From: an uncultured Candidatus Peribacteria bacterium
GTDB taxonomy: Bacteria; Patescibacteriota; Gracilibacteria; Peribacterales; Peribacteraceae
Direction of reading: 5' to 3'
Assembly: GCA_964466635.1 (NCBI GenBank)
Contig: CAYXNG010000002.1
Coordinates: 1,832-65,831 of the forward strand
DNA: 64,000 nt
Shown here: one piece after another, positions 19,625 to 28,729 of the stretch
How the letters are laid out: every line of letters begins with the position of its first letter
How positions within the stretch are numbered: position 1 is the first letter of the stretch
The notes under the pieces: generated by a model
Database searches by the model: none
Seen by the model: only the letters and a program-made list of their open reading frames with translations
Told to the model about the DNA's origin: nothing
Program-made: the position numbers and the translations under genes

Positions 19625-20389
19625 CTACCGGACTGCCGTGAATGTCAGGACGCCTCCGCGGTCCAGAGAGATGAGTTCGAGTGTTTCGGGCGTGAGTCTG
19701 CCAACCTTGAAAAGCAACGCATCCGCCTGTGTTCCTGATGCGATGATTCTGATATACACCGTATTCTCTTCAAGAGGTATGCCCGTCATCGGAGCGGGTC
19801 TCTCCTTCGTAAATACCTCATATGTACCACTGGAGACTTCTTCAGAGTCATAGAGATCCACAACCGTGCCGATCATCTCTCCTTCTTCAAAGCCTTTAAA
19901 CTCACGGACAAATTTCGCGTCGTCGCTGCTCTGCCATTTGCCCATGATGCTTTCACCAACGACGAGGCGCACGTCGGGTTGCATGCTGCCCGCACCTTCG
20001 TCGGGGTCACCCCAGTTCCATGGCGGCGAGTCCGTGCTTGGTACGGGATTGCACACGGCGTTTTCATTGCCGACCATCAGTCGTACTCCCTCGCCTGCTC
20101 CGGTAAAGACGATGTCCATCCCCATGTACGTACCCTCAAAGCGGGTGTTAGCGGTACTCGTCAGAGTGATTTTTCCGGTAAACATCGCCTGTGATCCTCC
20201 CTCGAGTTCAATAGATTGCATGTCTTCGCTTGGTTTCATCGTGAACGTAGAACCGTTATCGCATGTGTATGCGTATGTTCCAGTATCCTCTTGCATGGCA
20301 GAGTCCTGCACGGTGTCTTGCTGCATATACCAGTAGCCCGCAAGAAGAATAAGGGCCAGAGCAGCCAGATACATCAAAGATTTTTTCAT
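19625..20389 (-). CDS. Hypothetical exported protein
   Basis: The internal start MKKSLMYLAALALILLAGYWYM gives a signal anchor. The rest is beta-rich with no motif I recognise. Confidence 0.5.
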   Translation of the reverse strand: MKKSLMYLAALALILLAGYWYMQQDTVQDSAMQEDTGTYAYTCDNGSTFTMKPSEDMQSIELEGGSQAMFTGKITLTSTANTRFEGTYMGMDIVFTGAGEGVRLMVGNENAVCNPVPSTDSPPWNWGDPDEGAGSMQPDVRLVVGESIMGKWQSSDDAKFVREFKGFEEGEMIGTVVDLYDSEEVSSGTYEVFTKERPAPMTGIPLEENTVYIRIIASGTQADALLFKVGRLTPETLELISLDRGGVLTFTAVR

Positions 20390-20607
20390 AGTGTCGATAG
20401 TGTCTCGTATAGACAATCCGTTTGTCAATATTGGATGTTCCGAACATGGAAGTCGTTTCAACCCTTCGACATGATTCAGCGTCTGAGATCATCAGATGAT
20501 CGCCAGCATGTCGAGTATAAGTGATCCTACACAACAATACATTTTTCTCTTCAATAAAGTGTTTTCGTCACCGGTGTCATACTCGCTTCACCTTCTCCTC
20601 CTTCACG

Positions 20608-22896
20608 ATGCGTTGTGCACGTCGCCTTTCTTCCATTGTCACGATATTCTCATTGCTCTCTCCAGCGTTTGCTCATGCCGCGACGAAGGCGTACATAACG
20701 AATGGATTCTCCAACACTGTTTCGGTATTGAATCTTTCGAATAATCAAACAGTGGATTCCATCAATGCCGGAGGTGCTTCATGGGATGTGGCTATCAACG
20801 GAACCGGTGCATATATCACGCTTTTCAATAGTAATATCGTACGTGTCTACGATACGACGGATAATGAATTGGTAACGACGATTACGGTGGGGGATGGACC
20901 GGTCTATATCGCGTTTTATGGAACAGGTGCGTACATCACAAATTCAAACGATAACAATGTAAGCGTAATCGACACGACAAATTTTTTGGTAGAGAGAACA
21001 ATCGCGGTTGGAAGCAACCCGGGAGGTATTGCTTCGAGCGGTACCGGAATGTACGTCGCAAATAATGGAACCAATACGGTTTCCGTCATTGATGTCACAA
21101 ATAATCTCGTAGAACAGACGTTAACAGTCGGAAGTAATCCCTATGAAATCGCCGCGTCCGGTACCGGTATCTATGTGGCGAATCAAAATGGTTCCACTGT
21201 TTCCATTATTGATAGAAGTAATAACGTCGTGGAAGGAAGCGTCTCTGTCGGGACGAATCCTATCGCCATCGCAATCAGCGGAACAGGTGCGTATGTTGCT
21301 AATTCCGGCAGTGACAATGTGAGCATCATAGATATTTCGAATCGACTGGTGGAGAAAACCGTAACGGTTGGCGGTGATCCAGGTGGTGTGGCAATAAGCG
21401 GAACGGGTGTCTATATATTGAATCGCTCAGGCAATTCGATAAGTGTCATTGATACAGCCAATGGCTTGCTTGAGACAACAATTTCGGGGTTTACCAATCC
21501 AATGCAAATGGCAGTTGCTTCTGATAACGCCACTCTTGCGCCCACGCTCACCGCGCCCGCATCGGGTGCAAGCATTGCTCTCTGCGACGACTTGACGGTG
21601 ACCTACACGCTTCCCGAAAATCCGACGTCGGGATCGGTCGAGATATTTTTCTACAACACATCAACACATACCGGACCCACGTTGACCATGAACAACAGCA
21701 CCGGTGCAAGCTTCAACCTCGATCTGGAAAATTTGACCGCATCGGCAAACGTCGTGTCCGCAACCGGAGGAACAAGTTTAGTAGCAGGCAGTTACGTGAT
21801 GTATCTGAGCTATGAAGATGCATTTGGGAATACAGAGGAAGATGACACGGCGAATCTTACGGTGACAGATTGTCCCGCAAGCAGCTCTTCATCTTCCTCA
21901 TCGGAATCCTCACGGGGAGGCGGGGGTGGCGGTCGCCCGACCATCACACCCGAATATATTCTGGAAGTCGCTGAAAAACGGTTTGGTTCCACGTCCTCAA
22001 GTTCGAAACGGTCGGAGTTTGTGGAAGTGAACGGCCAGGTATTTACCGATGTACGCAGCGGCGAATGGTACGGTACGTTCATCAAAAAAATCGCCGAGCT
22101 CAGAATTTTCGAAGGATATAAAATGTTGGACGGTACGCCGCTGAACCAGTTCGGTCCCGCCGATCCGATCACGCTTGGTCAGCTGGCAAAAGTGGGGACG
22201 ATTCTGTGGGATAAGAAAGACAGGGAGCCCAAGCCGACGGGCAATGAGTGGTTCAAGCCGTATATCGCGACGGTACAGAAACATGAATTAACGGTGTTCC
22301 GCGGATCGCCGAACGCCCTTGCACATGCCACGAGAGGGCACGTCGTGCAAACAATCATGGAAGCGCTGAACTATCCCCTCAGAGACGGCGCATCACCGTA
22401 CGACGATGTTCCCACAGACCATCCGTACATACGGGCGATTGTTACCGCCACGCAGATGGGATTCATCGGCGGTGACAGCGGAACGAATAATTTCCGTCCC
22501 GATGAGCCGATCAACCGCGCGGAAGTGGCGAAGGTCCTCAGTCTCGCGTTGGGACATGTCGGCATCAATTACCTCGATGATCTGCTCTCTGCGACTCCGA
22601 CATCGCGCGCATCAGCGTCAGCATCATCGTCCGTGACTATTTCTTCATCGTCATCATCCGCGTCATCATTGACAAGCAGTACAGCACCCAGCGCGACAGC
22701 CGGAAAAGATATCCGCGTTGTCGCCACCGCCATCCTCAATGTCCGCAGCGATGCGCGCATCGACTCAACGCTTCTCTGGACGGCCAGACAGGGGCAGGAA
22801 TTTGAGGTGTTGCGTATTGTTGCCGAAGATTGGGCGCATGTCCGCGTCTCCGATGGAGGCGAAGGATATGTGTGGGTGCATCATTTGAGTAAGTGA
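20608..22896 (+). CDS. Surface protein: YVTN-type beta-propeller repeats, Ig-like domain, poly-Ser/Gly linker, SLH-like anchor module, C-terminal SH3b-like domain
   Basis: Start at MRCARRLSSIVTIFSLLSPAFAHA. About 8 repeats of GTGAY(I/V)(T/A)N..(S/N)N.VSVID. FTDVRSGEWYGTFIKKIAELRIFEGY and GTNNFRPDEPINRAEVAKV. C-terminal ILNVRSDARIDS...GYVWVHHL. Confidence 0.75.
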   Translation: MRCARRLSSIVTIFSLLSPAFAHAATKAYITNGFSNTVSVLNLSNNQTVDSINAGGASWDVAINGTGAYITLFNSNIVRVYDTTDNELVTTITVGDGPVYIAFYGTGAYITNSNDNNVSVIDTTNFLVERTIAVGSNPGGIASSGTGMYVANNGTNTVSVIDVTNNLVEQTLTVGSNPYEIAASGTGIYVANQNGSTVSIIDRSNNVVEGSVSVGTNPIAIAISGTGAYVANSGSDNVSIIDISNRLVEKTVTVGGDPGGVAISGTGVYILNRSGNSISVIDTANGLLETTISGFTNPMQMAVASDNATLAPTLTAPASGASIALCDDLTVTYTLPENPTSGSVEIFFYNTSTHTGPTLTMNNSTGASFNLDLENLTASANVVSATGGTSLVAGSYVMYLSYEDAFGNTEEDDTANLTVTDCPASSSSSSSSESSRGGGGGGRPTITPEYILEVAEKRFGSTSSSSKRSEFVEVNGQVFTDVRSGEWYGTFIKKIAELRIFEGYKMLDGTPLNQFGPADPITLGQLAKVGTILWDKKDREPKPTGNEWFKPYIATVQKHELTVFRGSPNALAHATRGHVVQTIMEALNYPLRDGASPYDDVPTDHPYIRAIVTATQMGFIGGDSGTNNFRPDEPINRAEVAKVLSLALGHVGINYLDDLLSATPTSRASASASSSVTISSSSSSASSLTSSTAPSATAGKDIRVVATAILNVRSDARIDSTLLWTARQGQEFEVLRIVAEDWAHVRVSDGGEGYVWVHHLSK

Positions 22897-22906
22897 TGAT
22901 TTTTGA

Positions 22907-22935
22907 AAAATGGCTCGACGTGGTTCAGGCGGTTC
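22907..22935 (+). repeat. 29-bp exact direct repeat, copy 1 (aaaatggctcgacgtggttcaggcggttc)
   Basis: Identical 29-mer at 30461-30489. Confidence 0.95.
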
Positions 22936-22965
22936 GGATCAACTACGACCTCATGATGGATGTAG

Positions 22966-23430
22966 TCAGAACGTAGTATTCCGAATTTTTTCAGCAAGTT
23001 CAGCTAGATGTTTATCGTCTGCGCGTTTGTAATCATGCGAGGAGATATAACCTTGGTACCTTTCAAAGAAAATATCGACATCAGATTTCATCTGTTGCCA
23101 TTCTTTCATATCCCCAGTCCCATGCATGGGGAAGAGCTTTGTATGAACATGATTTATGCCAAACCCTTCAAAGATCATGCCGGTTCTGCCAACGTCATCG
23201 AATGCTTTATCCAAGAGTTTGCCCACCTTTTTGGATGCAATGACCAAGTCTGAAAGGACATTGTCCGGCAGGTCAAAGGCGTAACTCGAGAAATGCTTCT
23301 TCGGAATGACTACCGAAAAGCCCTCCGTATTCGGGAAAATCGAGAGGAAAGCAATGTGCGAATCATCCTCCCAAATCTTATGGCAAGGGACTTCTCCAGA
23401 GACAATCTTACAGAAGATGCATTCGGACAT
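22966..23430 (-). CDS. HIT (histidine triad) family nucleotide hydrolase/phosphoramidase-like protein
   Basis: CIFCKIVSGEVPCHKIWEDDSHIAFLSIFPNTEGFSVVIPKKH and diverged triad GINHVHTKLFP. Confidence 0.85.
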   Translation of the reverse strand: MSECIFCKIVSGEVPCHKIWEDDSHIAFLSIFPNTEGFSVVIPKKHFSSYAFDLPDNVLSDLVIASKKVGKLLDKAFDDVGRTGMIFEGFGINHVHTKLFPMHGTGDMKEWQQMKSDVDIFFERYQGYISSHDYKRADDKHLAELAEKIRNTTF

Positions 23431-23516
23431 AACTCGATCTTACCATACTTCAAAAGGACTCAGCCGTACTGAATGAAGTTCGAACCAAGTTCTTGGCTTA
23501 GGTTAAATCAAAGATT

Positions 23517-23538
23517 AATGGCTCCCCGACGTGGCTCC
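23517..23538 (+). repeat. Degenerate copy related both to the 29-bp repeat and to the 3' end of tRNA-Asn
   Basis: aatggctccccgacgtggctcc, compared with the repeat aatggctcgacgtggttc and the tRNA-Asn plus-strand tggctcccccgactgg. Confidence 0.5.
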
Positions 23539-23650
23539 TTCTAGAACTCAGGACAGTGTATAGGATGCTCAGGAATATACAGTTACCGTTGCCACTCACA
23601 GCGTAATGTGTAACATTGACATAAGCAATTTATGCTGTTTTAATAGGATT

Positions 23651-24157
23651 ATGAATAGCATAGCAGCCCCAAAGGGTATTCTCATTGAAGGCGTTGAGTG
23701 CGCAGGCAAGACAACCCTGATCAAAGGAATCAGAGACAAAATTGTACCTTGGGATGCCAAGTATCTTGCGCATCAGCCAGGCCAACAGTTCGAACGTTTC
23801 ATGTACGAGTACATGGTTAATAGGAACATTATTTTCAACAGAGGACATTTTAGTGAAGCAATCTATAGCCGACTGTGGGATCGTGAGACGCCTTTCCAGC
23901 CCCATGAATTGCAGGTGCTGAACGATTATGTACGTCGGAATCTGCTGGTGATTTTATGCGATGCAGATACGGATACTTTGGAAAAGCGTTACAGCGAAAG
24001 GAATTATTCCCAGAAAGCAGCTGCGCCTGAACTTGGCAAAATCCGTGATTTGTTCGAGGACCAATTTCAAGGAGTTGAATGTCTGCGGTACACATCGACT
24101 GACCAGCAAAACCTTGAGAAAGTGCTTGAAGAGATTAAGGCAAAAGTCGGTTCCTAA
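23651..24157 (+). CDS. Small P-loop nucleotide/nucleoside-phosphate kinase-like protein
   Basis: Start at MNSIAAPKGILIEGVECAGKTTLIKGIRD (Walker A). About 169 aa. Convergent with the NTP-transferase gene and overlaps it by 4 nt. Confidence 0.6.
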   Translation: MNSIAAPKGILIEGVECAGKTTLIKGIRDKIVPWDAKYLAHQPGQQFERFMYEYMVNRNIIFNRGHFSEAIYSRLWDRETPFQPHELQVLNDYVRRNLLVILCDADTDTLEKRYSERNYSQKAAAPELGKIRDLFEDQFQGVECLRYTSTDQQNLEKVLEEIKAKVGS

Positions 24158-24945
24158 CTTCCAAACAAATCGCAAAACTTACGCATCATACCGTTGCTGA
24201 TCCATTCGTGATAGATACGAAAATCTTCCTCTGTATCCATCTCGATCCAGCCCCTTTGGACTTTAATTGCCTGAACATTCACGCCTTCATCAATCGTGGC
24301 CTGAATCATATCTGTCATATATGCCTGCCTGAAGGACCGTGAATTATACCAACGATCGCTCTTTCCTGATTGTGATTGTTCGTGCTTATCATGCACTTTC
24401 TTAAAGGCCTCCGTCCCGCTTGAGTCAAATTTTAACAATCCGATATAACGTGCATCCATTTCATTTTCTGCAGGTTGTGGTCTGCCTAGTTCAGTGATTT
24501 GTCCTTGCTCATTCAATTGCAGGCTCTCACTATCACTTTGAACGTTCCCCAGCCTCGTTTTCCAGTACTCCTGAAAATTTGTATCGACCGCGACACCGAT
24601 TGAACATTTTGTGTCACGCATACATTCAAGAATTCTCGGCTCGTACACAATATCCGAATAGCAGAGCAGGCAATCTCCCTCAAACTCGGAACGCGCAGCC
24701 ATGAGTGAACCCACCATATTCGTGGTCGCATACTCTGGATTTTCTACATAACGCACATCAGGGTAATTAATCAATTGTCCCATATATCCTCTGACAATCA
24801 CGATGTCATCTACAATCGTGCGAAGGGCTTCCAATTGGTATTCCAATAGAGGTTTACCGTTCAGGGGAACCAAACATTTCGGCTTGTCTTTCGTATGTTC
24901 CCCTAGGCGACTACCCATGCCGGCGGCGAGTACGATGGCTTTCAT
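24154..24945 (-). CDS. Nucleotidyltransferase (sugar-/phospho-substrate cytidylyl/uridylyltransferase fold)
   Basis: MKAIVLAAGMGSRLGEHTKDKPKCLVPLNGKPLLEYQL signature. Confidence 0.8.
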   Translation of the reverse strand: MKAIVLAAGMGSRLGEHTKDKPKCLVPLNGKPLLEYQLEALRTIVDDIVIVRGYMGQLINYPDVRYVENPEYATTNMVGSLMAARSEFEGDCLLCYSDIVYEPRILECMRDTKCSIGVAVDTNFQEYWKTRLGNVQSDSESLQLNEQGQITELGRPQPAENEMDARYIGLLKFDSSGTEAFKKVHDKHEQSQSGKSDRWYNSRSFRQAYMTDMIQATIDEGVNVQAIKVQRGWIEMDTEEDFRIYHEWISNGMMRKFCDLFGS

Positions 24946-25622
24946 TTGTGAGTGAAGTGAGCAATGACACGATGGAGAAGATCTGCATGCGCATTAACAA
25001 AACCAGCATCTGAGCATTTGCGTTCCGGATGCCACATTAATCCAAGAATTGGTAATTTTGTATGCTCGACTGCTTCGATCGCCCCATCATTTGTCACTGC
25101 GCTTCCTATGAGCTCTTTGCCAAGAGTTTTTATACCCAAGCCATGAAAGGAGTTCACAGTCATTTGTTTCTGATTTCCAAGCAACGACCGCAGTAATTCA
25201 GAGGTGAACTGAATTTCATGATCAACAGCTACATGGCTTTTCGGAGAGGCTACTTCAGCGCATGTTCCTTCATAATATGTATTGATGAATTGTAATCCTC
25301 TGCAAATACCTAGAACTGGCTTTCCATCTTCTATGGCGGTGCGCAGAAGCTTCCACTCTGAACGGTCGCGATCAGCACGTGGATCGTCCGAAGTATCGGA
25401 CTCTGATTTTAGAATAATATTGTCTCCTCCAGAGAGGATAAGCATGGCGACATCGCGAATATACTCAGTACAAATTTCAGGTCTGTTGGGGATAAGAACA
25501 GGCTCAAAGCCCTGACGATGTACATAGTCGATAAGATCGTGAGAAAGGGCATCGCGCCACTCGCCATAGTCACTGCCTACCATTCTCATGGAAATGCCGA
25601 TTTTGTTTGGCGATGTACTCAT
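24942..25622 (-). CDS. Class I glutamine amidotransferase-like / peptidase C26 (gamma-glutamyl hydrolase) family protein
   Basis: Nucleophile elbow PVLGICRGLQFIN and LGLMWHPER His motif. Confidence 0.85.
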   Translation of the reverse strand: MSTSPNKIGISMRMVGSDYGEWRDALSHDLIDYVHRQGFEPVLIPNRPEICTEYIRDVAMLILSGGDNIILKSESDTSDDPRADRDRSEWKLLRTAIEDGKPVLGICRGLQFINTYYEGTCAEVASPKSHVAVDHEIQFTSELLRSLLGNQKQMTVNSFHGLGIKTLGKELIGSAVTNDGAIEAVEHTKLPILGLMWHPERKCSDAGFVNAHADLLHRVIAHFTHK

Positions 25623-28036
25623 TGTGATGATCGAATGGAATGATTCGCACAGTCGATTTCTACCAGGGATTGTCCTTTAAGCTGATCGAAGCGTCTACCT
25701 ACTCCAATAGCGGCGGGCAGCCCGAACTCCGCGCAACGAATCGCCATGTGGGATGCAGCTCCTCCATATTTAGTGACAAGTCCTTGGATTTGATGCACGA
25801 ATATCCAGTCATAGCCGGGGTCAGCACTCTCGATGAAAACAATGCGATTCTGTAATTGCTCGTTTGTTTTACCCGCAGTCAAAACTAGTGGACTTCCAAT
25901 GATGTGCTTTTGCGTAATAAAATTTGGCCTGCTTGCAATGAAGCTCACATGCTCGATATCGGAAACATCGGCGATGAGCTCGGGCAAGATGACCAGCTCC
26001 TGCTGTTCATATCTTATGCGTGCGTTGGCACTTGCATTTCTAATGCGACTTATAGCATCAGCATCGGCAGCGCTTCTCATAGACTGAATTGCATTGATGT
26101 CCAAGTAAGATAAATCATCCTTTGTGAGTGAGTGCTGTTGTCCCCATTCGGCAATGAGTTGCAGTGCATCGCTGACATTTTTCGTGAAGAGAAATTTCGC
26201 GTCTTCCCTGCCGACGATGCTCAACTTGGCGAATTCGAGTACATCGTTTACATCCAGTGAAGACCCCGCATTTCTCAAAACAGATTGCATGGCTGCGAGT
26301 TCAGATGCTACCCATTGAAAATCCCTTGCCTCCTCCACATTAGAAGCTATGTCTGATTGAATGGGAGTTGCGGATCCAAAATATAAATCGGTTGCTTCAT
26401 CATAGCGTGGAGATGAGATATCAAAGGTCCCCGGCCTTAAATGCCCATACTTCTGTAGAAATCCCTCAAGCGGCAATTCTCCTTTCCGGACTCGTGTGAG
26501 TTCTTGCCCCATTTGCCCAGCTGCTGTCTCGAATGATTGCAAAAACGCATTATAGGAGGAATCAGAGATGGCACCTTTTGCAACAAAGGATCGAAGCATC
26601 GCATTGCCAACGAATGCCATTCTGGCAATGGCGGAAAAGCCCTTCGTCCCTCTTTTTCTACAATCAGCTACAAGGAATCGAACACATTCCAGCATGTTTT
26701 CCGGTTGTTTCGTTGCAAGTATGGAAGATCTCGCTTTGTCCATTTGAGCCATTTCGGTCATGTAAGACGCGAGATCACCACGACCACCGCGGATTAATGT
26801 CTCGGTGTGTTTGAGTAGGACCCTCCTGACATCAGCGATTTGATGAGGTGACAATCCGGCGGCTTCAAATCGTGGAGTGCAATCGTCGAAAGAAGGAGTG
26901 AAACAATTGGTCGCCACATCAAACTCCACTTTGTCGTGAAGATGTGGTCTTGCCTGGAGGTAATCCAAAGATTCATTGATTATGCGCTCTCTTTGGGAGG
27001 GGCCAATGAGCTTAGGAAGAAGTGAATTGAAACTGTTTCTCACATCCACGTACGGGCGACCTGCTAGGGTGACGAGCAATTTTTCTCCTTCCGGATTGTA
27101 GTAACCAAGCTCTCCTCTCGCTTCTCTCCATGCACTATCCGTAATCAGTGACTCGAACATTGAGAGTGCAAGCGGACGCGGATGACTTCCTACCAATTCT
27201 GCGGGATTCCAGTCCGACATATCACTCAATATTGCCCTGCGTCCTGCGACACCCGCCTTCCGTTCATTGCAGCGGCCAATAGCAATCCTCGTTTCTTCTA
27301 TGACTGACTGAATATTCGACGACTTGAACCGTTCCAGAGCCGCCTTTTGTGCCAAAGGGCGAACCTGAAAAAGGTATAACTGCTGCTTATTGTCGAAAGC
27401 AAATTCGATATCCAAAGCGTTGTTGTCTGCTAGAGACTCAAGTTCTTTGGCACATTCAACCAGCGACGCTAGGCGAGGATCGTTCGGCGGTGCTCCGCCA
27501 TTTCTGTAGATGTAGTGAGTCTGTTGTTCCTCTGAAACTCCACTTGTGATTTTGTCCGTGGCACCAGAATCGTCGTAGTTGATAACGTAGTACGGTGCAC
27601 CGTTTTGTATGTCGCAGGTGAACATGACACCGCAAATTGCAACATCCGTAAGCTGCGGCTGGATTAGAACCTGATGCTTGCCGTCTTTATCTCCGTATGA
27701 TTTCACGACTCGATTGATGGCTTCAAAAATTGCTGATGCATTAGGTCTCTCCACATTGAGTACAGAGTCGAAAGCACCAGCATTCGACGAATCCGCTGTA
27801 TCCTCAGATAAAGCAGAACTGCGAACAATGAGAAGTCCATCACTAAAATGTCTTTGTACATTGCTAACAATATTCGTTGCATACTGCTTCCATTGCTGCA
27901 CCGTAAAGTGGATTTGTGGAAGAATAATCGCGCTTTTCAGGATTGGACGGAGCCTGTCCAGAGTCTCGGCCTTGGTGCCGAGTTCAATGTGCTTTTTGGG
28001 AACATCAGAGCCGATGAGCGGATCTTGCTCAGGCAT
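25619..28036 (-). CDS. PEP-utilising-enzyme family protein (N-terminal PEP/pyruvate-binding ATP-grasp, C-terminal swivelling phosphohistidine domain)
   Basis: 805 aa. N-terminal GTKAETLDRL...IVRSSALSEDT. C-terminal GLVTKYGGAASHMAIRCAEFGLPAAIGVG. Confidence 0.8.
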   Translation of the reverse strand: MPEQDPLIGSDVPKKHIELGTKAETLDRLRPILKSAIILPQIHFTVQQWKQYATNIVSNVQRHFSDGLLIVRSSALSEDTADSSNAGAFDSVLNVERPNASAIFEAINRVVKSYGDKDGKHQVLIQPQLTDVAICGVMFTCDIQNGAPYYVINYDDSGATDKITSGVSEEQQTHYIYRNGGAPPNDPRLASLVECAKELESLADNNALDIEFAFDNKQQLYLFQVRPLAQKAALERFKSSNIQSVIEETRIAIGRCNERKAGVAGRRAILSDMSDWNPAELVGSHPRPLALSMFESLITDSAWREARGELGYYNPEGEKLLVTLAGRPYVDVRNSFNSLLPKLIGPSQRERIINESLDYLQARPHLHDKVEFDVATNCFTPSFDDCTPRFEAAGLSPHQIADVRRVLLKHTETLIRGGRGDLASYMTEMAQMDKARSSILATKQPENMLECVRFLVADCRKRGTKGFSAIARMAFVGNAMLRSFVAKGAISDSSYNAFLQSFETAAGQMGQELTRVRKGELPLEGFLQKYGHLRPGTFDISSPRYDEATDLYFGSATPIQSDIASNVEEARDFQWVASELAAMQSVLRNAGSSLDVNDVLEFAKLSIVGREDAKFLFTKNVSDALQLIAEWGQQHSLTKDDLSYLDINAIQSMRSAADADAISRIRNASANARIRYEQQELVILPELIADVSDIEHVSFIASRPNFITQKHIIGSPLVLTAGKTNEQLQNRIVFIESADPGYDWIFVHQIQGLVTKYGGAASHMAIRCAEFGLPAAIGVGRRFDQLKGQSLVEIDCANHSIRSSQ

Positions 28037-28081
28037 AAAGTGTATTACTATAAACCAATGTATGTGTTAGTCAAATTTCTT

Positions 28082-28633
28082 TTACTCGCCGTCCTCCACG
28101 ATATATTCCCATCCTGGCCTCCAAGCCTTCGTATGCCTCCAGTCTTCTTCCATAGCCTGCTCCCAAGATTTTCCTTTTAACACCACATCAAGAGCCAGCT
28201 GAGGGCCTTGATGAGCCACTATCGCTATGTGTTTGCCCTTATAGGCTTTCTTTATGAATTCGATAAAATCTGCAATTCTTCGCTCGATATCTTTGTAGCT
28301 CTCGCCGCCCGGAAAAGGCTGATCTATGTAATTTGTGAGATTCTGCTTAAAGTCGTCAGCGGGTTTTTGCGTGAAATCCCCGTAGTTTGCCTCACGCAAT
28401 CTTTCATCAACAACTATCGGACAGCGACCTTCAAAAGCAAGATGGGCAGAATCAATGGCTCTTTGAAGGTCAGAGCAAAAAACAACATCGAATTTTTGTG
28501 GTGCCTGAGTGCCAAGCTCCTTTGCCTGTTTTTTCCCTAACTCGGACAACTCGCCATGAGCCCATCCCGTAGCGAGATCCTGCTCGTTATCCGTTGTCGT
28601 GCCGTGGACGAAATACGTGATTTTCAGAGGCAT
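28082..28633 (-). CDS. Histidine phosphatase (phosphoglycerate-mutase-like) superfamily protein
   Basis: Start at MPLKITYFVHGTTTDNE. VVFCSDLQRAIDSA and IVAHQGPQLAL motifs. Confidence 0.7.
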   Translation of the reverse strand: MPLKITYFVHGTTTDNEQDLATGWAHGELSELGKKQAKELGTQAPQKFDVVFCSDLQRAIDSAHLAFEGRCPIVVDERLREANYGDFTQKPADDFKQNLTNYIDQPFPGGESYKDIERRIADFIEFIKKAYKGKHIAIVAHQGPQLALDVVLKGKSWEQAMEEDWRHTKAWRPGWEYIVEDGE

Positions 28634-28662
28634 TGGTGATGAATCATAGCGTACTTTGCTCA

Positions 28663-28703
28663 CTAATAAAACAGTACCCTGCACACTTTCGCGTGCAGGG
28701 TAC
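28663..28703 (-). terminator. Rho-independent terminator downstream of the HD gene
   Basis: Perfect 11-bp inverted repeat gtaccctgcac/gtgcagggtac (28674-28703) with an 8-nt loop, followed on the minus strand by TGTTTTATT. Confidence 0.6.
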
Positions 28704-28729
28704 CGAGCTGACGATCGTCGTGCATCTTC

